Source of the DNA: Ylistrum balloti
Lineage: Eukaryota
NCBI RefSeq assembly: GCF_031769215.1
Contig: NW_026781945.1
Span: 2,666,001-2,730,000, forward strand
Direction: 5' to 3'
Length of the DNA stretch: 64,000 bases
The notes under the pieces: model-generated
The model's database searches: none
What the model was told of the DNA's origin: nothing
What the model saw: only the letters and a program-made list of their open reading frames with translations
Shown here: in pieces, positions 1 to 12,829 of the stretch
Position numbering within the stretch: position 1 is the stretch's first letter
How the letters are laid out: each line of letters starts with the position of its first letter
Program-made: the position numbers and the translations under genes

Positions 1-2269
1 TATAATACACAATGCAGTTCCCTGTTTTTTTTCAAACATGTAAAAGTATCTGGCAACCAATAAATATGTATGTAATGCCTGCTGCATTTATACAAGGAAT
101 GTACAGAACTTAATGCAATCTAATCAACAAATCTTGCTCCTGAAATTTAACAAAAACTTAAGTATACATTCAAGGATAAAGCAGACTGCTATCAATTGTG
201 AAAATACTCTGCATGGTGTACACTGACGTTCAACATTGAGACAACAGCTAATGCTGATAGAAATTGAAGCATGGAGACGGAAAACCTGTAACCAACCAAT
301 CAACCAAGCAACCATATGTTTATGTATTGAGCCTTGCTTACAAATACCATTATATGAATTACTAGAAATCTGTCTTATGCACAAATTGAAAGTGAAAATA
401 AACAACTACAGTAACCACCAGCTCCCAGGATCTGTAACATGAAAACTGTGTATCTGTTTATTGTTTATATCAAAACGTTTTCATTTATGATCAGTTTCTT
501 TGTTAGATATTTTGATGCCTGGTATAACTAAGAAGAGGAACATTGGACTAAATGTTATACTTGATTCTGGTGGCAGATTTAAACATATAAAATGTACATC
601 ATGATGAGAATATACTGTCAGAAAAACCTAAACTGTCCCAATACATAGTAAAACATCAGTGAATAAAAAAAAACATTCTTAACATTTTCGGTGAAATATC
701 TGTTTATGATCTGAATTTGTAAATACACGTAAATATAAAAGTACCCATATTTTCTTTTCTTTATTTTATTGCCATAAATAAATAAATAAATATCCCGCAC
801 AAGGACTGATTTTGGCCCCAATTTTTGTAAATAAGTAATAAATATTTAATAGGAAAATCCAATGAACGATTGATAACGTAAAATACTCATATATGCTATC
901 AGGAAGAACAACTTGAATTGTCTTGTATAGATTATGAGTCTGTCAAAAGGTGGTCTATAAGCTTGCAAGTTTAAATGTGCACAATCTCCTCTATGGGAAT
1001 CACAGAAATTTGGCAAGTAACAGAAATGTGTATGGTAATTACAGTATTATTTACATGTTCTCACTATAGTTCTCATGCAGCTTCTCTATATTAGCCATCA
1101 GACTACAAGTTTGATAAAAAAAGATATCTTGAATCATAATTAGCACTGCCTACCACAACAGCGTGTTGACTGGAGCCTACTTAACTATGTAACACCAATA
1201 CAGACACAACAATGGACATCCCGTGTACATTAGAATCAGTGAACCGGTCCCTTCTTAATTGCTGAAATATGGTGCATGAGATATTCTTAGACACCAAATC
1301 AGTATTCTTACAGCAAATGAGCTGAAATTTAGCATTGTATACATGTATATATAACATATAAAATGTAAATATTATTCAGGAAGTGGCTAGCTGCCTATCC
1401 GATGACAAGGTGGTTCTAATCTCCCCAACGTGGTGACAAGCCAACAGTTATCACAAAGTCGACCATGAAATTCTATACACACAACCTTCATGAATGAAAT
1501 GATACAATTCAATGCATTTAAATGTTTTAACAAAACTACATATTTATTTATTTTCTTCAGATCAAAGGGTACATATAGAAGATAATGTAAAAGATGAAAG
1601 TCAACACTTTACTTACCAGATGTCTAGTTCTGCCAGATGACAAGGACAGTTGACACACAGGAAGCGACACTAAAGTTGCTAAGTATGGTCCGTCACAGAT
1701 CACCATAACACACCGCCCATCATTAGTACAGCGTGGCCAACGTTTGTTGCCTTGTTGCTATGTAGAACCAAGGGGTGTAACCAGTACATGATTGACAAGA
1801 TGGCGGGAAGTTTAAAAACAGGAAGACCAAACAAGGGAAATAACAATAAACAACTGCTGCAATAGATGAAACAATTGAAAGTTTAAAGTTTGATTTATTT
1901 TATCATAAAATGTTTATAGAACATCGTAACATTGGATTTTTTCAACAAGTGGCTAAGCGTAATCTCAGGCCTACTGTAATTGTTACATGACCAAGAGCGC
2001 AGACAATAACTTGTTCACAACTTCCATAAATATTATCGGGTGAAACAGAACGAGTGAACTTAAGCTCTACAACTTACAACTGTTGTCAAATCAAAACAAA
2101 TGTTACCTTTTTTATTCACCCATACGCTATTTATTGCTTTCGATTTCAAGCCATTTGTTTATCTACGTATCGGCGTCAAACGAACGCATTCCGAAATACA
2201 CCATGGCAAGTATTCGTTCCAAACATCTTTCTGATCATGATCATTATTATGAAAGGTGAAAGGTCAAGT

Positions 2270-2333
2270 AGCAATGGCGGCAAGTGTTCGATCAAGAAGG
2301 ATTGATGATTAATTTTTCCAGATTAGGGCCAAG
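2270..2333 (+). other. Probable non-coding first exon of the RING-H2 gene, containing a 12-codon uORF (2274-2312, MAASVRSRRIDD*)
   Basis: CpG-richer segment ending in a strong donor AAG|GTAAGT at 2333/2334. A further UTR-exon candidate lies at 4598-4641 (CAG|...AAG|GTAAGG). The transcription start is unknown. Confidence 0.4.
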
Positions 2334-3344
2334 GTAAGTACATACAAGAACTTTAATCGAATGCAGGAAATTATAGTATCATTATATATTCATCACCTTC
2401 TTCATCTATGCTCAATATAACACGGAGAGCATCAGAAACACAAGACATTGTTGTAACACCCCTGTCTGGGGTTACTGGGTCATGATCACAAAAGTCACAG
2501 AGTATGAAGTTAGAATCTCTTGAAGAATAAATAAATATTTATAAAATTATAATTGAAGTGGTATATTAATTAAAATAGAAGCACGCAAAGCATATAGATA
2601 TAGCATGGGAGTATACCCGGAATGTTTATACAAGGTGATCGATCAGAATTTAAGGGACTGTATAGCAGGTATGGCACTCCTGTACAACATGCAGTGTAAT
2701 CAGAACCGTTGTAAACAAGTGCGTATACACTGTCTTATTCATACTGATGACATGGACACATGGCAGTAAGAATACACACAAAATATGTCTTATCCTTTTA
2801 TCATATTATATAAATGCACCAACACAATTTATACATTACATAGATGTATCCTTTTTGTGTTTCAAGCGACAAGATATAATATGATAAAATGAATTAACAC
2901 CATAAGAGACACAAGGTTATACAGTACAGTCAGTAATTTCTTCTCATAACCCCCACTCCCCAACAACAACCCCGATTATTTGAATTTTGTATGTGGTAAG
3001 TGATCTGATTCAGCTGGTTCTTTATTTCATGATGTTTGATTTTCACAGGGAGAAATGGATTTTTCTCCAGCACCCAGTACTTTTGTACCTCAGACTAAGT
3101 TTGATATTCAAGCATTCAAGCTAAAGGGAAGTTATTTCTAGCCAAGCGGTATATTGAATCTAGAACTTATCAGCCTCAAATACATAATGAAATCATATAT
3201 TATTGAGATTTGTCACTGACTATCAGTTTGACAAAAGAATAGACATTGCATTTGAAGCAAGAAAATACAAACTGCACCAAAGACATTATACTAAAGTAAT
3301 CTTGTGTTTTTAGGGCATCTGCCATCTTTTACTATATATTGGAA

Positions 3345-3870
3345 CTATTCATGAATGACTGGGCAGATTTTTATCAAATTTAGTCTGAAGCATTCTTGGG
3401 GAAAGAGGAATTTAATGTAATTGGTGGGTCTGGCCCTCGCCAGGGCCTGAGAGGTGGGGCTAAATAGGGAAAATCTAAAAAATGCTTTAAAATCTATCTT
3501 GTTCTATAGGAATCACAGAATATTATCCAGATTTTGTATGAAGCATGCTTTGTTGAAGGCAAAGCAGTTTTATATAAATGATTGGTCTTGGGGCCCCCTG
3601 GGACCAGAGGGATGGGGCCCAAAAGGGAAAATCTGTTATAGAATAATTCTTTAGAGTCTATCTTGTTCTTAAAGGAATCATAGGATATTGTCCAAATTTG
3701 GTTTGAAGCATGGTTGGGTGAAGGAAAATCAGTTTTTTTGAAGCAATGTATCTCGGCCACCTGGTGCCAGATGGGCAGGGCCCAATAGGGAAAACTAGAA
3801 ATTTCTTTAAATTCTATCATGTTCTTATATAGGAATGCCTGGATTCTGTCCCAATTTAGTGTGAGATATG
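3345..3870. repeat. Degenerate internally repeated element, probably a non-autonomous interspersed repeat
   Basis: About three diverged ~170-190 bp blocks share motifs such as AATAGGGAAAA-CTA...AATCTATC-TGTTCT and TGAAGCATG-TTG. Family not identified. Confidence 0.45.
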
Positions 3871-3935
3871 CCAGTGTTGTATGAACAGTGGAAAAACAGA
3901 TCAATAGTGATATGTATGAATCAGTGGATTTAGTC

Positions 3936-4168
3936 AAACATCTAACCCCATTGTAGAGGAGTGTCAAATCTACTACAGGGAAATAAAATGTTTTTTTATG
4001 TTGGGAAAATATAGTACAAACATCTAACCCCATTGTAGAGGAGTGTCAAATCTACTACAGGGAAATAAAATGTTTTTTTATGTTGGAACTGAAAACTTAG
4101 TTATGTACAAACATCTAACCCCATTGTAGAGGAGTGTCAAATCTACTACAGTAAAATAAAATGTTTTA
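3936..4168. repeat. Three-copy tandem repeat, unit ~82-91 bp
   Basis: AAACATCTAACCCCATTGTAGAGGAGTGTCAAATCTACTACAG recurs at 3936, 4018 and 4109. Confidence 0.9.
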
Positions 4169-4740
4169 CATACTTTTCCCTTATTTAAGATAGACCAATT
4201 TCAGGTAAATCAGGTAAGCAATACAGGCCCTGTGGGTCTCTTGTTATTGTTTGTTTCCTGCTTTATAGGGCACAACAACTAGTTTTCCTGCAGGTAGCAT
4301 AGCCCTTTGTCCTTATTTGTGGAGTCCATTTGAGAGAGTATCACACAAGATTATCATTGCAGATGTTTCTTATTTTTCCAAGACTAAATGGGGGTTGGGG
4401 GGGATTAGAATTGTTTTGTTATTGTAAGAAAACATTATTTACTGAGACTGTGTATTAATATCAGTTAAGTTACAACCAGTTAACATAGAATTTGTTACCT
4501 GACATGAGGAAACCATACAATTATCCAAATCTGTTTATGTTTTTAAAAGTTTCATCACACTCATGCTTAGCTATTGCAGTAAGCTTGCACTTTACAGTTG
4601 TTTCTCATTTTTCCAAGGCTGAAAGATTTTAAATGATCAAGGTAAGGTTTTTACAACTGAGACATCTAGATGTAGAATATTTAATATACGCCTATCATAA
4701 CCTTTTATTTCCTTAAGTTTTTTATCTTGGAATTTCAGAC

Positions 4741-7700
4741 ATGGATCCAAATGGCAACCTTTTTCAGAGGATCCAACAAAAAATCAAAGATGGAAAAAAG
4801 GGGGAAGATTATGATGGAGCAAAGAGATTAACATCCTCTGGTCTCTGTCAGAAATCAAGTGAGGCAACTCATACATCGAAGTCTGCAGAGGAGATGCAAG
4901 GAACATCAAATGGAAATGATAGTGTAATAATTATACCAGATACTCCAAGGTAAACATTTTATTTAAAGAAATTGTTTGACTGTTCTATAGTTGATATGAA
5001 ATAACTAATGGCTGATGGGAGTCCAGCTAGATCAGGTGCATACCTATAAGAATTATATGTTACATACATTTGTGAATTTGTGAACACAATAATTTGAGTA
5101 AACAGTCTCATATTTTGATAAGACTTGGTATACAGCCTTCTATTAATATAATCTCAGAGAGTTCAACAATGGAAGTGATTTGGTGAGTCTTATAGAGTTC
5201 AGCTCTTTGCAGTTGATGTCACGTGACAGCTTTGGCCCATAGACTTCTTTTTCTCTATAATAGCACATGTTAAGAATTTCTTACAGATTTTCTGAAAAAC
5301 AAAAATGGTAAAAATTCCTTAATCTTGCCCCAGAGTGTTCCCTGCTCCTACATATATACTGAACACACTACCAAAAGGTACACAAATATCATTATCATTT
5401 TTCAGCCCAGTATTTTCAAGGTTTGTTGGGAAAAGAGGAAAACCAACGCAAGGGAAACAATTCACCACTGATGGACATAAAGAGACCAGTGATGACAGAC
5501 AGGAGCCTACTAACTCAAAATTTAAATGGTCAACCAAATGTCAAAGGGCAGAGAGCAACTTACCTAGCAAGTCAAGACTGCCTAGGGCACCAGTGTTAAC
5601 ACCAGAGAAACATTCATCACCATGGAAACAAAATCAATTTGAAGAGAACAGTAACAATGCAAGTTCAGAATCTACTAAAATTGTGCCTAGTATGCGAAGC
5701 AAATTTTTGGATGCTAAAACGAAGGTTGCATTAAGTCCAGGAAAGGTAAAAATCAGCCCATATGTTCCGTCCCATGGCATCCATTTTAAAACAGCTTTAC
5801 AAGAAATGATGGAAAAAAAACAAGATAAATTTAGAAATGAATCAAAACACCCTAATCAGACTACAGAACAGAGTGCTAGAAAACCATCCCATACCTCAAG
5901 CTCTTCAGGACTTCATAAGAATCACCATGACCTGTCCTCTCATACTGAGTCATGCCACCATGTAGATAGAAATTGTGCAAGAGTAAATCATCGTCACTAT
6001 GTTAAACCCAGTCTCAAACTATCTATAGATCAAAAGAAGGACCCAGAAACACACCATAACAGAGAGGCTGCCTCTAATGCTGGAAGAAGAAAGTGTGAGG
6101 CCTCGTCATCCCCGGCCAGAAGTAAACGTGCTCGACTAGATAGCAGAGTTCATTCCAAATCATTGTACCCAGTGTATGACACATGGCCTTCAGATTCCTC
6201 AGACAGTGAGGATAGTGAATTTGATCCCATTAGTTCACAGACACTGAAAGAAATGATTGATTGTAGTTGTGAACCACAGACTGACGACACATTGTCTGCA
6301 GTCCCACATGTCTCGCCTACCAAAGGTCAGGGTCACTTTCACAGACACAGAGACGAGGCAAAGAGATGTGCTAATCACACATTTACAACGCACACAAAAC
6401 CTCACTTAACACACGTATCATCTTTACATGACATTACTTCTTCAAGGTCAAGCAATCATAATCCTCAAGGTCATCAAGTTGAAAGCCAAAGTTTGGGAGC
6501 ACATAGAAAACAGGAAAAATTGGATGGAAATAAAACAAAACATTTAAATACAAAATCAGTGAAAAGTGATCAAAGTGAAAAAATGTCGGACTGGTTTGAT
6601 GATGGCTTTTCTAGAATGGCAGAATCAGATTGGTCTCCAACTGTGAGAGAGGAGTCAAGGTCACATTCAAGAAAAATGGCCACAGAAAGGTCCAGATCAA
6701 TTCAACATACAACAGAGGGGAGGTCACATAAAAACAAAAGAAGTAAGAAATTTCATTTCGTGTTTATGTATCCAGAGATTTCACACTGTGAACTGATGTT
6801 TTCAGATTTGGTCTTAAATGTTATTAGCTTAATGTACTTGGCCAATTTAGGGCTAGATGAGCTGATGTCATGGTTTTGCAATTGCTATCCATTTTGTTTC
6901 TCAGTTTTAAAAGGATCTTTGGTTCATAACAGCAACAGTCTTGTTATTAGCTGCTTATAATTACTTGTATACTGAACACTAACAATTACAATTATGCTAT
7001 CAAACATGTAGGAACTGTATTCACCTCAGCCTTAATGTGATTTTAATCTGTGGGTCATGACTTTCTAGCTAATCCAAGTCCAAGAAAGGACCAGGGATGT
7101 ACACCTGTCTTAAGGCAGCAGGATGGATGTCCTGGACAACCAATTATATGTGATAATGTGGAAGAGAGTACACCTTGTCAAAGTCAAATTGATCAGGTAG
7201 AAGGCGATGAAGAGTTAGCCAAAAAATTACAGGTATGCAGTTGACAGGTCAACCAGATTAAATCATTGGCATATTAGCTTCATAAGAGTTGAGGTTCGTA
7301 AAAGGTTTTTATATATATGTTTATATATATATATATATATTGTATTAGAGTAAGAGAGAATGGATGTCTTAGATAAAGTCATCCAAGTTCAAAGTAAGGG
7401 TATAAAGAATGGTGATATTTCTATACTGATTACCAGACCATACTGTTGTAGACCCTCTGATAGGTGACATATTCCCTAATCACATATTTAATGTTTTCTA
7501 CAGGAGCAGATGGACATGGAGTTTGCCCTGTCTCTTCAGAATCTTGAGAACCAGCCCCCAGTGTTTGGAGCAGGGGTTTTCCCTCACCATGACATGGCAT
7601 CGCCAACCCCAGTTGCCTACAACAGGGGTCCTATGGCTGTAGGGCAGGGACGTTGGGCCACTGCACAGAGGGGACGGGCCACATCTCGTTATCCTGGTAG

Positions 7701-10700
7701 GTATTTTCTTTAGTGGAACATTGTCGCATTTAAATGATAAAAATATGTGTGAATGTGTAAGTACTTGGTAAAAGCTATCAGATCATAACTTGAAATATTA
7801 AATATAACTGTGTTAGATTCTTGATAAAAGCAGTATGTCTTTGTTATTTATTTGATACAAGTTGTCAAATGTCAAGGTGTAGTTATAAAGAATATGTCAA
7901 GTTATGTGCAGAATAAAATAAAATGAAGGTTGGTGTTAAGGTGTAGCTAATGGTTTAGTTCTTAAACTAGAACATATACTAAAAGCAAGGTCAGGGGTTA
8001 ATATATTCATTAAACTTCAAATTATGAAGTATAAAGCTCAGATTACTAGAACATGTACTAAAAGCATGGTCAGGGGTTAATTTATTCATTAAACTTCAAA
8101 TTAGGAAGTTTGAAGGTCAAATTATTTTGGCTTGATCATATCTCGAGTACATAGTATCAAAACTTAAGTTGAAGGTGAAGTACAGAATCAATATAGGAAT
8201 TGGTGACTTCACACATTCAGTGACTTCACACACTAGATGACATCACACATTCAGTGACATCACACACTATGTGACTTCACACACTCAATGACATCACACA
8301 CTAGATGACTTAACACACTCAGTTACATCATACACTATGTGAATTCACACACTCAATGACATCACACACTAGATGACTTAACACACTCAGTTACATCATA
8401 CACTATGTGACTTCACATACTCAATGACATCACACACTCCATGACATCAAATACTGGATGACTTAACACACTAGGTGACATCACACACTACGTGACTTCA
8501 CAGACTCAATGACATCACACACTCCATGACATCAAATACTGGATGACTTAACACACTAGGTGACATCACACACTACGTGACTTCACAGACTCAATGACAT
8601 CACACACTAGGTGACTTCACACACTCCATGACATCAAACTCTGGATGACTTAACACACTAGGTGACATCACACACTACGTGACTTCACAGACTCAATGAC
8701 ATCACACACTCCATGACATCAAATACTGGATGACTTAACAAACTAGGTGACATCACACACTACGTGACTTCACAGACTCAATGACATCACACACTCCATG
8801 ACATCAAATACTGGATGACTTAACACACTAGGTGACATCACACACTACATGACTTCACAGACTCAATGACATCACACACTAGGTGACTTCACACACTCCA
8901 TGACATCAAACTCTGGATGACTTAACACACTAGGTGACATCACACACTACGTGACTTCACAGACTCAATGACGTCACACACTCAGTGACATCACACACTA
9001 GATGACATCATGCACTTGATGACATCACACACAAGATAACTTCACACACTTGGTAATATGACACTAGGTGATAGCACAAATTGGGTGACATCTTATGGTA
9101 GATGACATCACACACTAGGTAGCAACACACTCTGGATGACTATGAACACCTTTTGAGAGTGAATTATATGTAAGTCTATTTGTTACAGATCTAGATGAGG
9201 TGGAGGCACTACTTCATGACCTTGATGAACCTGAGGAGCATTTACTTCAGGTTTGTATGCTATATATCCTACAATGTATGTTATTAAAACATGAATATTT
9301 TAGGTCACTGTAAGTCTCCCTGTAGGAGATATTAGTATATCATTGTAACAAAGTATGTGATTGTTATTTCAATTTTACCTTTGAGTTGATTGTTGGCATC
9401 ACACCATTCCTTTTAGAGTCTCAGTTTCATAGGTTAATGAATAAATAACATCAGCTCTCTAATGTGTCTATTTTATTTCAGCATTCCCCGCAAGGTCGAC
9501 CAATGACACGTAACGGTGTCCGAACACAAACAGGCCAGCATTTTCTGGATGACATTGGTGATTTTTATTTTTACTTTATAGACTTGATATCAAACATTAG
9601 AGAATGATAGTATTGCTTGGCTGTTGATATTTTAAAACTTGGAATTGAAGCTTAGATGTACACTAGTAATGATAATAGTTCAACATTAACCTTTAACCTT
9701 CCTCATATATGGAGAACCCTTTAACCTTACAATTAACTTTTCTCATATGCATGTATATGTATAGATGGTTAGAGTACTTTTAACCTTACAGTTAACCCTT
9801 TTGTTATAAAGTTTGGAACACAGAGCTACTTAGTACTTATATCAATCATTTAGAGTACAGCATGTTCTTTGTTGTCTTGAAAGACCTTTCTGTGTTCATA
9901 ACCTGATAAAACCATAAGTCCATACTGTCTGATGATAAAGTTTTTATTGTGATTCTATGCAGCTATGTGAGTTTTTCTAGCTATGTTTCTTAATATGAAT
10001 TGGTTTGGTGTTACAGCTCATCTCAACCACAGCCTGTTGTCTATGTTAGAGGGAGGTAACTCTGTAATGAGTCCTGTAAGTACTTTGTCATGTGTGTGAT
10101 TATATCCATGTTGTATTGACTTCCTGTATGATAAGTAAAAAAAATTGTGTAATAACTATACATATATATATTATTGGTGTCAGCAAGGAATTCTTCATAT
10201 TCATTGGTTATGCAATAATCTGTCACTAGGTTGGTGGTTTTTTATATCTCTTTCTGTTTTAAAGTCATATGACCCAAAGAGAAAAACAGTGAAAAAATAA
10301 TACTTCTGCAGACTTACACCAGTAAAAGGAGAATACATATTTCCTCTAATAAAATTGACAAATCTTAAAACCCAATACAAAAAATTAACAACACAAAACA
10401 AGAAACACAGAGGGGTTGTTTACTAGTAACATGACCTTCAATTCCATGAGAAACCATGAGCAAGCAATGCAACGCAAGTTACCTTATCAGAGATAAAACC
10501 CAATTAATTCATAACTGAACATCTTGAAAGCGGAGCTACTGCCATATCATCAGCCACATGCTAACTTGTCACAAGTTAAACTCTCTTTGAACACTGTTAG
10601 AAACATGAATAAATAACATTTTTTATGTGAATATGAAAATGAATGAAAATTGCAATCTGTTTTTTGTTTACATATTTTTATGGCTACATTTTGTCATATA

Positions 10701-12829
10701 CTGCAAAGTTATGAGTGAGTAGTGGTCACAAATATCCTAGTCAGCTTGGTCTTTTTTATCTAAATGTGTCAGTAATTTGGCTATATTGTTTGTGAAAATG
10801 TTATGGATAGAGGGTATTTAAAAGTGTCTCCAGTAATAACAAATATTTCACTTGTTTGTCTATTTTTTTGGTATTTTTCACTTGCTGCACGCTGGTGAAA
10901 GATACTTACCTGGTAGATATTAGGCACTCTTGTGAAATATATTTGTTATTACTGAAGAAACTATTAAATATTCTCTATTTGTCTGTCATTGTATGCCAGG
11001 TATTCAGCCACCGAATGTAAAACACACTTTAAAATTCTTCTTAAGTTTCATTAGAGTTATTCAGCTCTAACTTGCCTGACATGGTCCTGACACTGCTGGT
11101 CCAAAATCCAATATGACTGCCATGGCAGCCATCTTGAAAAACTTGTTTTAAACTTGTTCTCAAGTTCTATTGGTGCCATTGAGCTAAAAATTGGTGGGGA
11201 AGATGAAGAAAATAAGGTGACAAAGTGTTGTTCTTAATTCAATTCAGTTCAACTCATTCAATATGGCATCTGTTTTGGCCATTTATTCACATAATTGTAC
11301 AATCAGGCTTTCCTCATGTTTCAAATTTCTTAGTTCCACTTGTGGAATTTGGCTGTAACCTGCTTAACATGATCCGGAGATGGGTCTGACCATTTGTTGT
11401 TATTTTTCAGGTCTTTCCTAAATCCAATATGGCTGCCATGACCACCATTTTGAAAAGCAAATTTTAAACTTCTTATCAAGTTAGATTAAAATGAAATTTT
11501 ATGAGAAACTAGATTGTAGAGTGTTATTTTTGTTGCCTTCACTGCTAAAGTTTACAAATTTGTCTATAGTTTGATGTTCATTAAGACCCATTGGCCTCTT
11601 TGTGTTGTTAGGTGTATTTATGTTAAACAATCAAATGTTTACATTGTAGCCTGTGGCACGACATTCACGGTCTAGACGGAGAGGACAGAGGCGGAATGCT
11701 GCCCCACGTGGATTTGATGTAGGCAGTTCAGTAGATGGAAATGATTATGAGGTGAGATATCATATATTCTGTACATGCCCTCTGATCGAAGTTTGGTAGC
11801 TGCATTAATTTGGATAAAGTTCATAAACCTGGTATTTCATCTCATCATAAGCGGATGCAGTTTTCACAAATACAGTGTATCTCCAAATACAAGTTTTATT
11901 CTCTGGTCTATTACCTAAACATGTATATCCAGCTGAGATTGCAAGATAAAGAAGAGATTTACAATCCAAGTCTTCATTTGTAATTACAACAATATTTCAA
12001 CTTATTGGTTCAGTTTTCTTCAAGAAACTATACTGTTTTTGTACAGGATCTATTAAGTCTGGCTGAGATGTTGGGTGATGTAAAGAACAAAGGTTTGACT
12101 GAAGCACAGAGCTCCAGGCTTCCAATACGTACATATCAGGCAAACAGTGAAAAGCAGGAGTCAGAAGACTGCCTCATTTGTATGTGCGAGTATGACCAGA
12201 ACGACCGACTTAAAATGCTTCCATGCTTCCACGAGTTTCATGCTCAGTGCATTGACAAGTGGATCAAAGTAAGTAATATAATTTGATATTCTGTTGATAT
12301 GTTTAGACCTCAGATTAAAATAGATATTTAATTTTCAACATTTTGTATGTTGAAAGTGTACAATCATACTCAATTTTTATATTTTTTGTAGTTTTTTTCT
12401 CTAATTTAAAAATGATTCATATCTGTTCAATATTATGATGGATTTCTCTTCCCTGTGAACTTGTTATAATATCTCTTTTGTGAGATAAGTGTCAATCACT
12501 CATATATATGGATGGGCATATGTTGTTTCCTATTGAAATGAGACTGAAGGTGACAAAATAAAAGAGAGAATTATAAACATCAACAGTGCTGGTAACCCAC
12601 GCGTCCAAATATTGAATGTGTATAGATATAATGTAACTAACTTTTAGAATTTAAGAATTGGAATACTTTTTAAACATTAGATTTAGTATATTTGTAGTCA
12701 TTGCCTTATGTAACATTTATGAAATATTTTTTAACTGCTGTTGTAATTATCATTAAATGTTACTTATCTTTTTTTTGACAGGGAAATGCAAGCTGTCCAG
12801 TGTGTCGTGTAGAGGTCAAATTAACATGA
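4741..12829 (+). CDS. RING-H2 E3 ubiquitin ligase (RLIM/RNF38/RNF111-like C-terminus), ~823 aa, 10 coding exons
   Basis: Exons: 4741-4949, 5406-6742 (alternative acceptor 5421), 7069-7232, 7504-7696, 9189-9250, 9482-9557, 10017-10075, 11650-11751, 12047-12268, 12782-12829. All are GT-AG with matching phases and total 2472 nt. The C-terminus NDYEDLLSLAEMLGDVKNKGL...CLICMCEY...[26 protein letters not shown] is a canonical C3H2C3 RING-H2 with the typical YExLLxL..GL preamble. Confidence 0.88.
7310..7340. repeat. (TA)n microsatellite
   Basis: Interrupted TATATA run in an intron. Confidence 0.8.
8205..9135. repeat. 17-bp minisatellite (GTGACATCACACACTAG-like), ~55 units, with higher-order repeats
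   Basis: The unit is visible throughout. The variant CTACGTGAC recurs at 8488, 8573, 8675, 8760, 8845 and 8947 (spacings 85/102/85/85/102). Intronic in the RING-H2 gene. Confidence 0.95.
11060..11610. mobile_element. Fragment of a non-autonomous interspersed repeat (family unassigned)
   Basis: The motif AAATCCAATATGRCTGCCATG...CCAT-TTGAAAA occurs twice (~11103 and ~11420). A related motif AATCCAAGATGGCTG occurs at ~38509. Confidence 0.35.

Noticed and set aside
507-604. Possible terminal exon of an upstream + strand gene (ILMPGITKKRNIGLNVILDSGGRFKHIKCTS*) followed by AATAAA signals
   Set aside because: No recognisable homology and no upstream exon in the window to support it.
1617-2260. Minus-strand exon-like segments (donors at 1616 and ~2107) divergent from the RING gene
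   Set aside because: All frames are interrupted or unrecognisable. They may be UTR or lncRNA exons, but this cannot be supported from the sequence alone.
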